Positions 8,641 to 19,166 are shown, counted from the stretch's first letter. The stretch is 64,000 nt of DNA from Candidatus Latescibacterota bacterium (GCA_964291625.2 OZ220089.1:1472001-1536000); one strand, 5' to 3'. A program made the numbers and translations. Notes: a model not told the origin generated them from the letters alone.

Positions 8641-11511
8641 GCCGTTGCGGGCGGGATCGACCTGCATCCCGGTGAGCCCCTGAAGGTGCGCAAGATCCGG
8701 CCCGCGGACTGCCGCCTCGTCCGCGGCTTCACCCACTCGCCGGTGGACGGCCGCGTGGACACGCGCTATGCCACCGGCACAGTCGGCGAGTGGCAGGGGC
8801 TGCACGGGACCCCGGCGGTGAACTACCGCCTGTTCAACGGCAACGACGGGCTCCACGTGACCCTGGCGGAGACCGGCTTCGACGCGATCCAGACCCGCGG
8901 CCGCTGGCGGGGCCGGGTCTACGCCGGCGGCGAGGACCTGCACCCGCCCGACGGCCCGCCGCTGTGCGAGGTGCGGCCCCGGGAGGGAGCGTTCCACCGG
9001 CGGTTCGAGCCGCGGGTGGAGGCCCGCCGCCTCTCCTTCTTCCAGGAGCCGGGCCAGGACGGGGCGCTGAGGGACCTCACCGTCCTCCGGGTCGACCGGG
9101 GCGAGATTGGTGGGCCTGCGGTGGACCTGGCCGTCCCTGCCGGCTCCAGCGAGCTGGAGCTGGCGCCCGGAACCCCGGTGGAGCTGGCAACGCCCTGGGC
9201 CGATCCGTCCCTCGGGATCGCGGCGCTCACCCTGGAGCTGGAGGTCTCCCGCGCCGGCCCGAGCGAGATCCTCTCGGTCCGCGTGGGCGACGTGCTCGAC
9301 GCCCGCCGCGACGCCATGACCGTCGAATTCCGCCTCCACGGTCCGGGGCGCTACGTGGCCGGTCTCGATCTGCCCGACCAGGTCTTCCTGCCGTCGCGGG
9401 ACGACTGGGCGCGGCCCCCGAGGATGGCGGGACCCCTGGCCCCGGAGCCGCGGGTCCGGGTGTCGATCGAGTCCGGAGGCGCCTGCCGGCTCGCGTCGGT
9501 GAGGGCGAAGGCGCACCCCGTCCCGCGCGCCGAGGCCCTTCCCGAGGCGGCGGCCTGGCGGCGGTTCCTCCTGCGCGGCCTGTTCTCGGCGATGAGCGAG
9601 CCCCGGCCGTGGATGCACCTCAAGCGCGGGAGCCCGGTGCGGGAGCAGATCGCCTCCAGCCCGCCCATCGAGCGCTACCGGACCTCGCTCACCGAGCTGC
9701 TGGAGACGGTGGAGGCCGCCCGCCTGCTGGCGCCGGAGGACTCCCTCATCGCCCGGTACCACGACTGGATCTACCAGAACATGGACCGCCGCGAGCCCCT
9801 GCCGCCGCCGGTCCTGCCCGAGGAGCCGGGGGCGCCCCGCTGGGCGGTCCTGCTGCGCGAGAACTGGAAGGAGCAGGCGCGCATCGCCCGGTGGTGGCTG
9901 GACCACCGGCTGGTGGCCAACGGCGAGTTCGGCGGAGGGCCGCAGGACGACACCGATCTGTTCCAGGTCTGGCAGTGCCTGCCGATGGTCGAGAGCGAGC
10001 CCCTGGGAGCGCGGCTGCGGGAGGCGGCCTCGAGGCTGGCGGACCTCGTCGTGGAGCACCGCCTGGAGGAGGGCATCAACAGGCGCTCCATGGACGCCCT
10101 CCACGCCTACGAGGAAGGGGTGAACCAGCTCGCCCTCAACGCTTGGTGGAAGTACGGCGATCCCCTCCACTTCGAGCGGGTCATGGCGTCGGCGCGCTCG
10201 GCCATGCGGCTGCTGGTGGAGACCGGGGACGGCCGCATGCACTTCGGCGGCGACCGCCTCGGGATCGAGGAGGCGCGCCGGGGATTCGCCGACATCGGCG
10301 CCAGCCCCGGCGCCTTCGGATGGGCGCCGGCCCGCCTCTTCCTCCATCCCATGCACGTCGTGGCCGACTACAACGGCCACCCCGCGGTCCTGGAGCGCTA
10401 CGCGGCCTGGGGCCGGACCTGGCTGGAATACCAGCGGCCCGGCGCCTTCGTCGAGAAGGTGGACATCCCCACCGGCGAGCCCATCCGGGTGACGGACCTG
10501 CCCCCGTCGGCCAACATCGCGCCCCTGACCGAGCTGCTGGGGCTCTACCTGCTCACGGGGGACCCCGACTGGCACCGGGCCTACCGCATGGGCGTCGACG
10601 GCGACGGCTTCACAGGGGTCCAGGCGCGCTACGGACGGGCGCCGCACGCCCTGGTGCCCTGGGAGGAGCCCTATGCGAGCCATCTCCAGGAGAAGCTCTC
10701 GGGTCCGAAGAGCGGCTACGCCGGGTTCTTCGTGAACCAGGACCGGGCCCTGCTGGAGCGCTGGCTCTCCGACTCCCTGACCTGGTACCGCCGCTACCGC
10801 TACATGACCACCGCCGCCGAGCAGAAGACCGACCGCATCCTCACCTACCGGGCCACCACCGCCATCTCCTGCTACCTCGGCGACGCGCCGAACCGCAACC
10901 GCTGGCTCAACCTGACCGCTGTGAGCTACGAGGGCCTGCGGGGCGAGGACTTCGCCGCCCTCGTCTGGGAGGCGGGCCCCCGGTCGCTGCGGGTGGCCCT
11001 CTACAACTTCCGCGAGGAGGAGGTCAGGGGCCGCATGCGCGTCTGGCGGCTCGAGCCCGGCCGCTACCGCGTCGAGACCGGCCTCGACCTCGACGACGAC
11101 GGGCATTTCGAGGAGGCCGCCCGCCGCACGGCGACCCTGCAGCGCTACTCGGCCATCCCCCTCGACCTGCCGCCCCGGCAGGTGACGGTGGTCCGCGTCG
11201 AGCAGTTGCAGGCCCTCGGCGGCCTCCGCCGGCGGCCGGACCTGGCCCTGTCGCGGGGTGACGCCGGCGGCGTGCGGGTACACAACATCGGCAGCGTCGA
11301 GGCCGCGGCGGTTCGCGTCGACCTCCGGCGCGGGGGCCGGGTGGTCGAGAGCCGGACCATCGAGAGGATCGAGGCCCCCCTCGACCTCCACCCCCGCCGG
11401 GTGGCCGTGCGTTTCGAGGGGACCCGCGCCGGGGACGTGATCGTCGTCGATCCCGAGGACCGCATCCCCGAGATCGCCGAGCACAACAACCGGCTGGTGC
11501 TGGCCCCCTAA
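8224..11511 (+). CDS. large secreted protein with C-terminal CARDB/Ig-like domain (true start uncertain)
   Basis: Signal-like WALICLLGWTLSVAGPAVAG at ~8590-8650; C-terminal RPDLAL...VRVHNIGS...VVDPEDRIPEIAEHNN; in-frame ATG 8110 is cut by TGA 8167. Confidence 0.7.
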   Translation: MGCTTCSAGPLPAPPGRCPRPDGGPGLVCRPTCSAGPLPAPPAAARRRGPDLPALLTFAGASRPGPAAASLLRPAALTWLRCALAGAGPPARPRLGPRAPNRLLSWTSAGAGRPLPAGSRVRPWALICLLGWTLSVAGPAVAGGIDLHPGEPLKVRKIRPADCRLVRGFTHSPVDGRVDTRYATGTVGEWQGLHGTPAVNYRLFNGNDGLHVTLAETGFDAIQTRGRWRGRVYAGGEDLHPPDGPPLCEVRPREGAFHRRFEPRVEARRLSFFQEPGQDGALRDLTVLRVDRGEIGGPAVDLAVPAGSSELELAPGTPVELATPWADPSLGIAALTLELEVSRAGPSEILSVRVGDVLDARRDAMTVEFRLHGPGRYVAGLDLPDQVFLPSRDDWARPPRMAGPLAPEPRVRVSIESGGACRLASVRAKAHPVPRAEALPEAAAWRRFLLRGLFSAMSEPRPWMHLKRGSPVREQIASSPPIERYRTSLTELLETVEAARLLAPEDSLIARYHDWIYQNMDRREPLPPPVLPEEPGAPRWAVLLRENWKEQARIARWWLDHRLVANGEFGGGPQDDTDLFQVWQCLPMVESEPLGARLREAASRLADLVVEHRLEEGINRRSMDALHAYEEGVNQLALNAWWKYGDPLHFERVMASARSAMRLLVETGDGRMHFGGDRLGIEEARRGFADIGASPGAFGWAPARLFLHPMHVVADYNGHPAVLERYAAWGRTWLEYQRPGAFVEKVDIPTGEPIRVTDLPPSANIAPLTELLGLYLLTGDPDWHRAYRMGVDGDGFTGVQARYGRAPHALVPWEEPYASHLQEKLSGPKSGYAGFFVNQDRALLERWLSDSLTWYRRYRYMTTAAEQKTDRILTYRATTAISCYLGDAPNRNRWLNLTAVSYEGLRGEDFAALVWEAGPRSLRVALYNFREEEVRGRMRVWRLEPGRYRVETGLDLDDDGHFEEAARRTATLQRYSAIPLDLPPRQVTVVRVEQLQALGGLRRRPDLALSRGDAGGVRVHNIGSVEAAAVRVDLRRGGRVVESRTIERIEAPLDLHPRRVAVRFEGTRAGDVIVVDPEDRIPEIAEHNNRLVLAP

Positions 11512-11532
11512 CCGATTGGCACCGGAAACGCA

Positions 11533-11583
11533 GCCCAGGCGCCGGCTGCCGCCAGGGTCGACGCCCAAAGGCGAGGAGGACGG
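11533..11583 (-). repeat. degenerate copy of the 3' end of the MFS gene (21500-21551)
   Basis: GCCAGGGTCGACGCCCAAAGGCGAGGAGGACG vs GCCAGGTCGACGCCCAAGGCGAGGAAGACG. Confidence 0.6.
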
Positions 11584-11613
11584 TGGCGCGACGCTGGCTG
11601 TTTACGACGCCCG

Positions 11614-12696
11614 CTATCCCATCCGCAGCTCCCGGTCCGCCAGCGGCAGGTCCACCCGCCCGTTTCCCTGCCGATGGGACTCGCGCATGCCAATGGCGAC
11701 TTCCAGCGCCTCGCGCCCGAACTCCCCGGGACAGATCCGCTCCTCCCCCTCCTCGATCGCCCGACAGACGCCCTCGATCGCATCGACCATGGAAGAGCGC
11801 GGATGCCACGGGTTGGGGAATGGCCGCTGGATCGGCTCGCCGGTCTCCGGGTGCGCTCCCCACAGCTCGAACTGCGCGTGGGCGTTGCGCGAGACGATCC
11901 TGCCGCTCTCGCCGATGAACTCCAGGGTCCACGCACGCCCCGAGCGGTCGGCCCGGGAGTTCAGGAGAGCGCGCACGCCGTTGGCGTAGGCGATGTAGCC
12001 CGATCCGGACAGGTCCCGGTCGGCGGCGGCCTGCTCCTCGTCGTCCATCTCGCCCATCACCCACTCGGCCGGCGCGCCGGCAAACAGCCGAAACAAGGCC
12101 AGCGTATGGCTTTGCAGATTCGACAGGCTGTGGGGGCTGTGGCAGACCATGGAGCGCAGCCGGCCGATCGCTCCGTCGGCGATGGCCTGCCGCGCATTGG
12201 TGTACCAGTTGTACCAGTTGAGATGACAGGCGATGGACAGGATGGTGCCCCTGGCCTTGCACGCCGCGATCATGGCGTCGGCCTCGGCCAGGGTGCGGCA
12301 CATCGGCTTGGTGGCGAAGACCGCCCGCACCCCGGCCTCGGCCAGACCGACGACCACCTCGGCCCGCTCGTCGGGCCGCGTCGTCACCGCCACCAGGTCG
12401 GGCCGCTCCCGGGCGACCAGCTCGCGGTAGTCTTCGTAGAGGGCGTCCACGCCCCAGCGCCGGCCAAAGTCGTCCAGCCTGGCCCGGTCCAGGTCGGCCG
12501 CGCCGATCAGCTCGATGCCCCGCGCCTCGATCATGGCCGGGGCGTGGGCCCACGGCCAGGGATAGTTCGACATCCCGATGTGCTCGTCGTCGATGGTGCT
12601 GCCCATCCGTCCGCAGCCGACGACCGCGCCGCGATACGTTCCTCGCGGCTCCGTCGCCGCAATCTGCCTGTAGGCCTCGCCCAACGGTTGTGCCAT
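11614..12696 (-). CDS. Gfo/Idh/MocA family oxidoreductase
   Basis: GAVVGCGRMG Rossmann motif; (T)KPMC; LYEDYRELVARERPDLVAV. Confidence 0.9.
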   Translation of the reverse strand: MAQPLGEAYRQIAATEPRGTYRGAVVGCGRMGSTIDDEHIGMSNYPWPWAHAPAMIEARGIELIGAADLDRARLDDFGRRWGVDALYEDYRELVARERPDLVAVTTRPDERAEVVVGLAEAGVRAVFATKPMCRTLAEADAMIAACKARGTILSIACHLNWYNWYTNARQAIADGAIGRLRSMVCHSPHSLSNLQSHTLALFRLFAGAPAEWVMGEMDDEEQAAADRDLSGSGYIAYANGVRALLNSRADRSGRAWTLEFIGESGRIVSRNAHAQFELWGAHPETGEPIQRPFPNPWHPRSSMVDAIEGVCRAIEEGEERICPGEFGREALEVAIGMRESHRQGNGRVDLPLADRELRMG

Positions 12697-12723
12697 GCCG
12701 TGCCTCCTCCGCTAATTTGAGCC

Positions 12724-13536
12724 ATGCGCCTCGCCTTCTACACCTACAGCTACACCGACCGGCTCAAGATGCCCCTCGAGCCGGCACTGGCCAAGATCGC
12801 CGCTGCCGGCTACGACGGCATCGACATTTCGGGCACCCATGGGCCGTCGGCCGACCCGCGCTCGGTGACGCCCGGGTTGCGCGCGCAGACGCGGAGCATG
12901 GCCGAGGGACTTGGCCTCACCATCGAAGCCGTCATCACCCACGCCAATCTCGCCGACTCGCTCTTCACCGGCGAACCGCTCGACCTCAAGGGGTCGGTCG
13001 ATCTGGCCATGGACGTTGGCGCACCGCTCGTCGTGTTCCACATGGGCGGCCCCAAGGACGATGCCGCCCGGCGAGCCGAGGCCTGGCGGCGGGTGGTCGC
13101 CTGTCTCCAGGATGCGCTGTCCTACGCGGAGCCGCGCAACGTGCGGCTGGCGGTCGATGGCGTGTGGACCGGTTGGCTCACCGACACCCCCGAGCGCTTC
13201 CTGGAGCTGCACGAAGAAGTGGGCAGCGCGTCCTTCGGCGTCAACTTCGATCCGTGCTACCTGACGCTCCTCGGCCTGGATCCGGTCGCGGTCGCCCGCC
13301 AGTGGCAGGGGCGCATCCTGCACGCCCATCTCAAGGACCACATCGGCACGTATCCCGACTACGACCACAGGATTCCCGGCCAGGGGAGCCTCGACTATCC
13401 GCGCATCGTGCAGGGGCTCCGGGGGATCGGCTTTGCCGAAGCCCTGGCGATAGAGACGTTCGTCACCATGGACTTCGACGAATCCTGCGCGGCCGGCTAC
13501 GCGGCGCTGGCACCGGCCATGGGGAGGGACCCTTGA
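12724..13536 (+). CDS. sugar phosphate isomerase/epimerase (xylose-isomerase-like TIM barrel)
   Basis: GYDGIDI, GVNFDPCY, HAHLKD, IPGQGSLDY, LAIE motifs. Confidence 0.85.
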   Translation: MRLAFYTYSYTDRLKMPLEPALAKIAAAGYDGIDISGTHGPSADPRSVTPGLRAQTRSMAEGLGLTIEAVITHANLADSLFTGEPLDLKGSVDLAMDVGAPLVVFHMGGPKDDAARRAEAWRRVVACLQDALSYAEPRNVRLAVDGVWTGWLTDTPERFLELHEEVGSASFGVNFDPCYLTLLGLDPVAVARQWQGRILHAHLKDHIGTYPDYDHRIPGQGSLDYPRIVQGLRGIGFAEALAIETFVTMDFDESCAAGYAALAPAMGRDP

Positions 13537-14351
13537 CTACTTTCGACTTCCACGGCAAGAAGGCCGTGGCCACCGGCGCCGGCGGTGCCATCGGCGGCGA
13601 GATCGCCCGCAGCCTCGCCCGGGCAGGCGCCGAGGTGGCGATCTGGGACATTTCCCCAGAGGCAGCGCGCGCCAAGGCCGACGAGATCAACCAGGACTTT
13701 CCCGACAAGGTCCTGCCCGTCGAATGCAACGTCGTCGACAAGGACAGCGTCGGAGCCGCTCTCGCAAAGACCATCGAGCACTTCGGCACCATCGACTTCC
13801 TGCTCAACGGGGCGGGCGGCAGCCACAAGGATACCACCACTTCCCCGGATCTCGAGTTCTTCGACATCGATCCAGAAGCGGTCAAGATGGTGATGGACCT
13901 CAACTATCTGAGCGCCGTCCTGCCCTCGCAGGCCGTGGGCCGCGTCTTCGCCGCCAAAGGCGATGGAGCGGTCGTCAACATCACCTCCATCGGCGGCGGG
14001 TTGCCGCTGTCGCGGGCCCTGGCCTACTCCAACGGCAAGGCGGCCGCCGACAGCTTCACCCGCTGGCTGGCCGTGCACATGGCCACGACCTACGCGTCCA
14101 GGATCCGCGTCAATGCCGTGGCCCCGGGCTTCATGATCACCAACCAGAACCGCTTCCTGCTCCTCGACGAGGCGAGCGGCGATCTCACCGATCGCGGCCA
14201 GACCATCCTCGAGAACGTCCCCATGGCCCGCTTCGGCGACCCCCACGAAGTCGTCGGCGCGGCCCTGTGGCTCTTTTCGGACGCCGCCGCCTTCGTCACC
14301 GGGGCCATCGTGCCCATCGACGGCGGCTTTTCCGCGTTCTGCGGCGTATAG
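13533..14351 (+). CDS. SDR oxidoreductase, D-mannonate/fructuronate oxidoreductase-like
   Basis: TTG start overlapping the previous stop; TGAGGAIG, LNGAGG, YSNGK, RVNAVAPGF.ITNQNRFLL. Confidence 0.85.
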   Translation: MTTFDFHGKKAVATGAGGAIGGEIARSLARAGAEVAIWDISPEAARAKADEINQDFPDKVLPVECNVVDKDSVGAALAKTIEHFGTIDFLLNGAGGSHKDTTTSPDLEFFDIDPEAVKMVMDLNYLSAVLPSQAVGRVFAAKGDGAVVNITSIGGGLPLSRALAYSNGKAAADSFTRWLAVHMATTYASRIRVNAVAPGFMITNQNRFLLLDEASGDLTDRGQTILENVPMARFGDPHEVVGAALWLFSDAAAFVTGAIVPIDGGFSAFCGV

Positions 14352-14373
14352 CGGATGTAACAGGAGAGAAACC

Positions 14374-15237
14374 ATGGCCAGGAAGAAGCGACCGCAACTC
14401 AAGCTCTGTGCCGCGGCATGGACGCTGACCAACTACCCGTCGGAGGACAAGCAGTGGTCGATTGACCGCAAGGTCCGCGCGGCCAGGGACGCCGGCTTTG
14501 TCGGCTTCAGCGCCGGGGCGGATCCCGAGATCGCCGCGGCCTGCGCCAGGCACGGGCTTCAGCTCGTTGGTGGAGTCGACATCGCCACGGTAGAAGAAGC
14601 GGGGCCGAAACTGGCGGCTTTCAAGGAGGCCGGCGCCAGGCACATCAACGTCCAGCTCTGCGACCACGACACGGCGATTCCCAGGGCGGTGACCGTGGCG
14701 CGGGCGGTGATGCAGGCGGGCAAGGAGCTCGAGCTCAAGCCGGCGATCGAGTGGCATCGCGATACCTGCACCGAGACGCCGGAGAAGGGACTGGCCCTGG
14801 CCGAGCAGTACGAGAAGCGGTACAAGGAGAAGCTGCGCACGAACTTCGACCACTCCCATCCGGCGATCATCAAACAGCTGCGGCCCGAGAGCTTCTGGGA
14901 GCGCATTGCCGAATACCGCCCGGACCTGCTCATGATGAGTGAGCTGATTCACTTTCGCACCTTCACCGGCAGCCATTGCCAGACCCCGATCACCAATGGC
15001 CGCGGCGTGCTGGACGCGGACTTCATCACCTGGCGCGACAACTTCCTCAAGCACCTGCTCTACAACTGGGTCAAGGGACAGCGCGGTGCCACCGAGCTGT
15101 GGGCGGTGGTGGAGCTGGGGCCCAGGGGTTCCGGCTATGCCCTCGACTGCTTTCCGGACGTGTGGAAGGACGCCATCGTCGCCCGCGGCGAGATCGAGAG
15201 GGCCTTCAGAGGCGCGCTGAGGAAAGCGACGCAGTAG
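14374..15237 (+). CDS. xylose-isomerase-like TIM barrel protein
   Basis: AGGAG RBS; IEWHRDT, NFDHSHP, IHFR, VVELGP motifs. Confidence 0.75.
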   Translation: MARKKRPQLKLCAAAWTLTNYPSEDKQWSIDRKVRAARDAGFVGFSAGADPEIAAACARHGLQLVGGVDIATVEEAGPKLAAFKEAGARHINVQLCDHDTAIPRAVTVARAVMQAGKELELKPAIEWHRDTCTETPEKGLALAEQYEKRYKEKLRTNFDHSHPAIIKQLRPESFWERIAEYRPDLLMMSELIHFRTFTGSHCQTPITNGRGVLDADFITWRDNFLKHLLYNWVKGQRGATELWAVVELGPRGSGYALDCFPDVWKDAIVARGEIERAFRGALRKATQ

Positions 15238-15244
15238 CGACCTG

Positions 15245-15487
15245 GTGGACCACATCGACTACCTCGTCGGGCTCATCGGTCCGGAGTCCGTGGGAATCAG
15301 CGGCGACTTCGACGGAGGCGGCGGGGTCACCGGATGGGACGATGCGTCCGAGACCTTCAACGTGACGCTCGAGCTGGTGCGCAGGGGCTATACCGAGGAG
15401 GAGATCGGCATGCTCTGGAGCGGAAACCTGCTCAGGGTGCTGGACGAGGTGCAGGCCGTGGCCCGGGAGATCCAGGGCTCCGGATAG
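15245..15487 (+). pseudogene. C-terminal fragment of a membrane dipeptidase (peptidase M19)
   Basis: VDHIDYLVGLIGPESVGISGDFDGGGG...ELVRRGYTEEEIGMLWSGNLLRV; N-terminal part absent. Confidence 0.8.
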
Positions 15488-15526
15488 TTCGCCGGCGGGC
15501 GCTCTTCACGGCCGGATCGCCGAGAC

Positions 15527-16471
15527 ATGGGACGCATGATGGACGGGCCGCTCTTCCTGGGCATCGATGGCGGCGGCAGCAAGCTCCGTATCGCCATCAC
15601 CGACGCGGACCTGCGGCCTCTCGCTTCGCTCGAGAGCGGGCCCGCCAATCCGAGTGCCATCGGACACGACAGCGCCCGGTCCCTCGTACGACACGAGATC
15701 GCCGGCGCCCTGCGGCAGGCGGGCCTCCAGCCGCAGGACATCGCCGCCGCAGGCATCGGCATCGCCGGCGCCTCCAACCTGCACAGCGAGGACTGGCTGC
15801 TCGAGACCGTAACACCGGCGCTGCCCGACGCATTGCTCGTGCCCAGCTCCGATCTCGAGATCGCCCTGGCCGGCTCTCTCGGGCAGCGCCGCGGCATCCT
15901 GCTCCTGGCCGGCACCGGCAGCGCCGTCTATGGCGTCGCGCCAGGCGGTCAGCGCCTGCAGATCGGCGGCTGGGGCTACCTGCTGGGCGATGAAGGCAGC
16001 GGCTACTGGATCGGTTCGCAGCTCCTGCGCCACATCACTGCGCGGCACGACCGGGGCGCCTCGAGCGAGGAGGACGCGCTCTCCCGCGCGTGCATGGATG
16101 TCCTTGGCCTGGCGGGTCCGCGCGAGCTGATCGCCTGGCTCTACAGGTCCAAAGAGGCGCCGGCCACGCGGATAGCAGGCCTCGCCGAGCTCGTTCTCGA
16201 CGCGGCGGCGGACGGCAGCGAGTGGGCTGCGATCTGCGTTGATTCGGCGGCCGGGCAACTCACCCGGCAGGTCGATCTGATGCGGTCGCGCCTCGACTAC
16301 GGGAGCGCGCCCATCGCTTTCGCCGGCGGCCTGCTCGACAACGACAACGCCCTCTCGCAGCGGGTGACCCAACGCCTGGGTCTGCCACGGCGGCCCACGG
16401 CCAGGCACTCGCCGGTCATCGGCGCCGCACTGCTGGCGACAATGGCCTGGCGTGCAAGAGGAGCGACCTGA
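15527..16471 (+). CDS. BadF/BadG/BcrA/BcrD family sugar kinase (GlcNAc/MurNAc kinase-like)
   Basis: LGIDGGGSK, LAGTGS, GGWGYLLGDEGSGYWIG. Confidence 0.9.
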   Translation: MGRMMDGPLFLGIDGGGSKLRIAITDADLRPLASLESGPANPSAIGHDSARSLVRHEIAGALRQAGLQPQDIAAAGIGIAGASNLHSEDWLLETVTPALPDALLVPSSDLEIALAGSLGQRRGILLLAGTGSAVYGVAPGGQRLQIGGWGYLLGDEGSGYWIGSQLLRHITARHDRGASSEEDALSRACMDVLGLAGPRELIAWLYRSKEAPATRIAGLAELVLDAAADGSEWAAICVDSAAGQLTRQVDLMRSRLDYGSAPIAFAGGLLDNDNALSQRVTQRLGLPRRPTARHSPVIGAALLATMAWRARGAT

Positions 16472-16474
16472 CCC

Positions 16475-17920
16475 TCATCCCTTGGGGAAATGGGGCAGCT
16501 CGAGACCGGATATGTGTTGCAGGATGCGGATCACTTGGGCCCCGTACCCGTACTCGTTGTCGTACCACACGTACAGCACGCAGCGTCGGCCCTGGGTGAT
16601 GGTCGCTCCCGAGTCGACGATACCGGCTCTCTCACTGCCGACGAAGTCGCTCGATACGACCTCGGGCGAGCTGGTGTAATCGATCTGGCCCCCCAGGGGC
16701 ACATCGAGGGAGATATCCCGCAGGTAGGTATTGATCTCCTCGGTGCCGACGGCCCGTTCCAGGTTCAGGTTCAGTATGGCGAGGGAGACATTGGGAGTGG
16801 GCACGCGGATGGCATTGGCCGTGACCCTGCCCTCGAGTTCCGGCAGGACCTTGGCCACGGCGCTGGCCGCCCCGGTGTCCGTTATGACCATGTTCAGCGG
16901 TGCGCCGCGCCCCCGCCGCTCGTGCCTGTGATAGTTGTCGATGAGATTCTGGTCGTTGGTGTAGGAGTGGCAGGTCTCGATGTGGACGCTGGTGATGCCG
17001 TAGCGATCATGCACGACCTTGAGTACCGGCGTGATGGCATTGGTGGTACAGCTGCCGGCGGAGAGGATCCGTTCTTCCTCGACAATGCAGTCGTTGTTGA
17101 TGCCGTAGACGATATTGGGAACATCGCCCTTGCCGGGTGCGGTGAGGACGACCTTGGCGACCCCCGGGGCCCGGAGGTGGCGCTCGAGGCCCTCGCGGTC
17201 CCGCCAGACACCGGTGTTGTCGAGGACAATGGCGTTCTCGATGCCGTAGGTGCTGTAGTCCACGTCCTCCGGGGTATCCGAATGGAGGAGGCGGATCATG
17301 TTGCCATTGGCGACGATGGCGTTCTCTTCCCGGTCCATGACGATGGTCCCTCGGAAGGGGCCGTGAATGGAGTCTCGACGCAGCAGACTGGCCCGCTTCA
17401 CCAGGTCGTCCTCCGAGCCCGTGCGCACCACCACGGCCCGCAGCCGCCACTTGTCGCCCCCGCCGCTGCGTGCGATCAGGATCCGCGCCAGTATGCGTCC
17501 GACCCGGCCGAAGCCGTAGAGCACCACGTCCTGCGGCTTTCCCGACAGCGTCTTCCCGCCATGGATTTCAGCCAGTTCCCGGCGCAGGAAAGCGTCCACA
17601 TCCCCCTTCGCGCTACTCTCCTGGAACCTGGTGGTCAACTTGCCGATATCTATCCGCGTGGGGGCCAGGTTCAGCCGGGACAGGCCCTGGAGGACCGCAA
17701 AGCTCGAAGACATGCAGAGCTCGTCCGTGATCACCTGGCGGGCAAAGCGATGAGCCTTGAGGATGTCGATCGCGGAGTTGTGCACCAGGGAGCGGCCGTA
17801 GATCGTGGTGACCACGCCGGAATCCCGATAGAGCTTGCCGATGAGCGGGACCATGGACTCGGCGACCTCTTCCCGCCTGGCCCAATCGGCAAAGTAGCTT
17901 TCCATCTTCTCGTCGATCAT
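16475..17920 (-). CDS. gap: glyceraldehyde-3-phosphate dehydrogenase, long N-terminal-extension type (481 aa)
   Basis: ATG 17920; VLYGFGRVGR, SAGSCTTNA, RVPTPNVS, WYDNEYGY. Confidence 0.95.
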   Translation of the reverse strand: MIDEKMESYFADWARREEVAESMVPLIGKLYRDSGVVTTIYGRSLVHNSAIDILKAHRFARQVITDELCMSSSFAVLQGLSRLNLAPTRIDIGKLTTRFQESSAKGDVDAFLRRELAEIHGGKTLSGKPQDVVLYGFGRVGRILARILIARSGGGDKWRLRAVVVRTGSEDDLVKRASLLRRDSIHGPFRGTIVMDREENAIVANGNMIRLLHSDTPEDVDYSTYGIENAIVLDNTGVWRDREGLERHLRAPGVAKVVLTAPGKGDVPNIVYGINNDCIVEEERILSAGSCTTNAITPVLKVVHDRYGITSVHIETCHSYTNDQNLIDNYHRHERRGRGAPLNMVITDTGAASAVAKVLPELEGRVTANAIRVPTPNVSLAILNLNLERAVGTEEINTYLRDISLDVPLGGQIDYTSSPEVVSSDFVGSERAGIVDSGATITQGRRCVLYVWYDNEYGYGAQVIRILQHISGLELPHFPKG

Positions 17921-18017
17921 CTCTCCCCCGGCGTCAGCGCAGCGCACCCGCTGCGGCAAGGTTCGTGAGAGGGGCGCGCCCCCGGCCCTCTTTCCCCCCG
18001 TAAGGAGGCTTGCGCAC

Positions 18018-19166
18018 ATGGAGTCGAAAGAACAGATCGCTGGTCGGCCAGAGCTCGTTCGTTGGCTTGCCGTTGTGGCGTCCATATACGTGCTGCTCGT
18101 GGCCGTTGGCCTGATCGGCAAGGGTTTTCGCATGGAGTTCGGCGATGCGGAGGGCGTCGAGTCCCTGTTCGCACTTGCCACGAACCCCTTCGTCGGACTG
18201 GTTCTCGGCATACTGGCGACGGCATTGCTCCAGTCTTCCAGCACCGTCACATCGATCATCGTCGGTCTTGTAGCGGGGGGAATGCCCATTGCCATGGCCA
18301 TACCCATGGTGATGGGTGCCAATGTGGGGACGACGATCACCAACACGCTCGTCAGTTTCGGTCACGTGGGCCGATCGGGGGAATTCCGAAGGGCCTTTGC
18401 CGCCGCTACCATACACGACTTCTTCAATCTCCTGAGCATCCTGATATTCCTGCCGCTGGAACTCGCATTCGGTCTCATCGAAAGACTGAGCGGCGTGTTG
18501 ACCCATATCATCGAGAACATCGGCTCTGTCGATGCAGGGGGAAAGGGCATCGTCAAGGTCGTCATCGGTTTCGGTACCGGCCTTGTAGAGTCCCTGACAT
18601 CCTCCCTCCCCGACGTGTGGGAGGGTCTGGTGCTGATCGTCGCAGGAGTCGCGCTCATTCTGCTCTCGATCACGTATCTGGGAGCTGCGCTGAAGAGCGT
18701 ATTCGTGGGCAGGGCCCGGAAGTTCCTGCAGGCAGCCGTCGGCAAGGGGCCGATCGCCGGCGTATGTTCCGGCACTGTCGTTACCGTGCTCGTGCAGTCG
18801 TCCTCGACCACCACGAGCCTCATCGTGCCCCTGGCAGGATCAGGCGTGGTCGGACTGCGTCATGTCTACCCGTTCACGCTCGGAGCCAACATCGGGACGA
18901 CGATCACCGCCCTTCTCGCCGCAACCGCGATCACCGGTGCCACCCATGCCGTGGCACACCAGATCGCCATCGCGCACTTCCTCTACAATCTGCTTGGCGT
19001 TGTCGTCATCTATGGCATCCCCTGGCTGCGGGAGATACCGATCGCGGGAGCCGAGTGGCTTGCAGGACTGGGAAGTGAACGGAAGTGGTTGGCCATCGTC
19101 TACATCCTCGGTGCATTCTTCGGCATTCCGGGAGCGCTCGTGTTTGCCAGTGCATGGCTGTCCTGA
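18018..19166 (+). CDS. Na+/Pi cotransporter (NptA/SLC34-like)
   Basis: Two QSSS repeats, MGANVGTTITN / LGANIGTTIT, AATIHDFFN. Confidence 0.92.
   Translation: MESKEQIAGRPELVRWLAVVASIYVLLVAVGLIGKGFRMEFGDAEGVESLFALATNPFVGLVLGILATALLQSSSTVTSIIVGLVAGGMPIAMAIPMVMGANVGTTITNTLVSFGHVGRSGEFRRAFAAATIHDFFNLLSILIFLPLELAFGLIERLSGVLTHIIENIGSVDAGGKGIVKVVIGFGTGLVESLTSSLPDVWEGLVLIVAGVALILLSITYLGAALKSVFVGRARKFLQAAVGKGPIAGVCSGTVVTVLVQSSSTTTSLIVPLAGSGVVGLRHVYPFTLGANIGTTITALLAATAITGATHAVAHQIAIAHFLYNLLGVVVIYGIPWLREIPIAGAEWLAGLGSERKWLAIVYILGAFFGIPGALVFASAWLS

Noticed and set aside
8545-11568. Very long antisense or alternate-frame ORFs (e.g. 8545-11568, 20609-23809, 26066-28627, 21489-23558)
   Set aside because: Shadow ORFs expected at high GC; they overlap well-supported genes and have Arg/Pro/Gly-rich or motif-free translations
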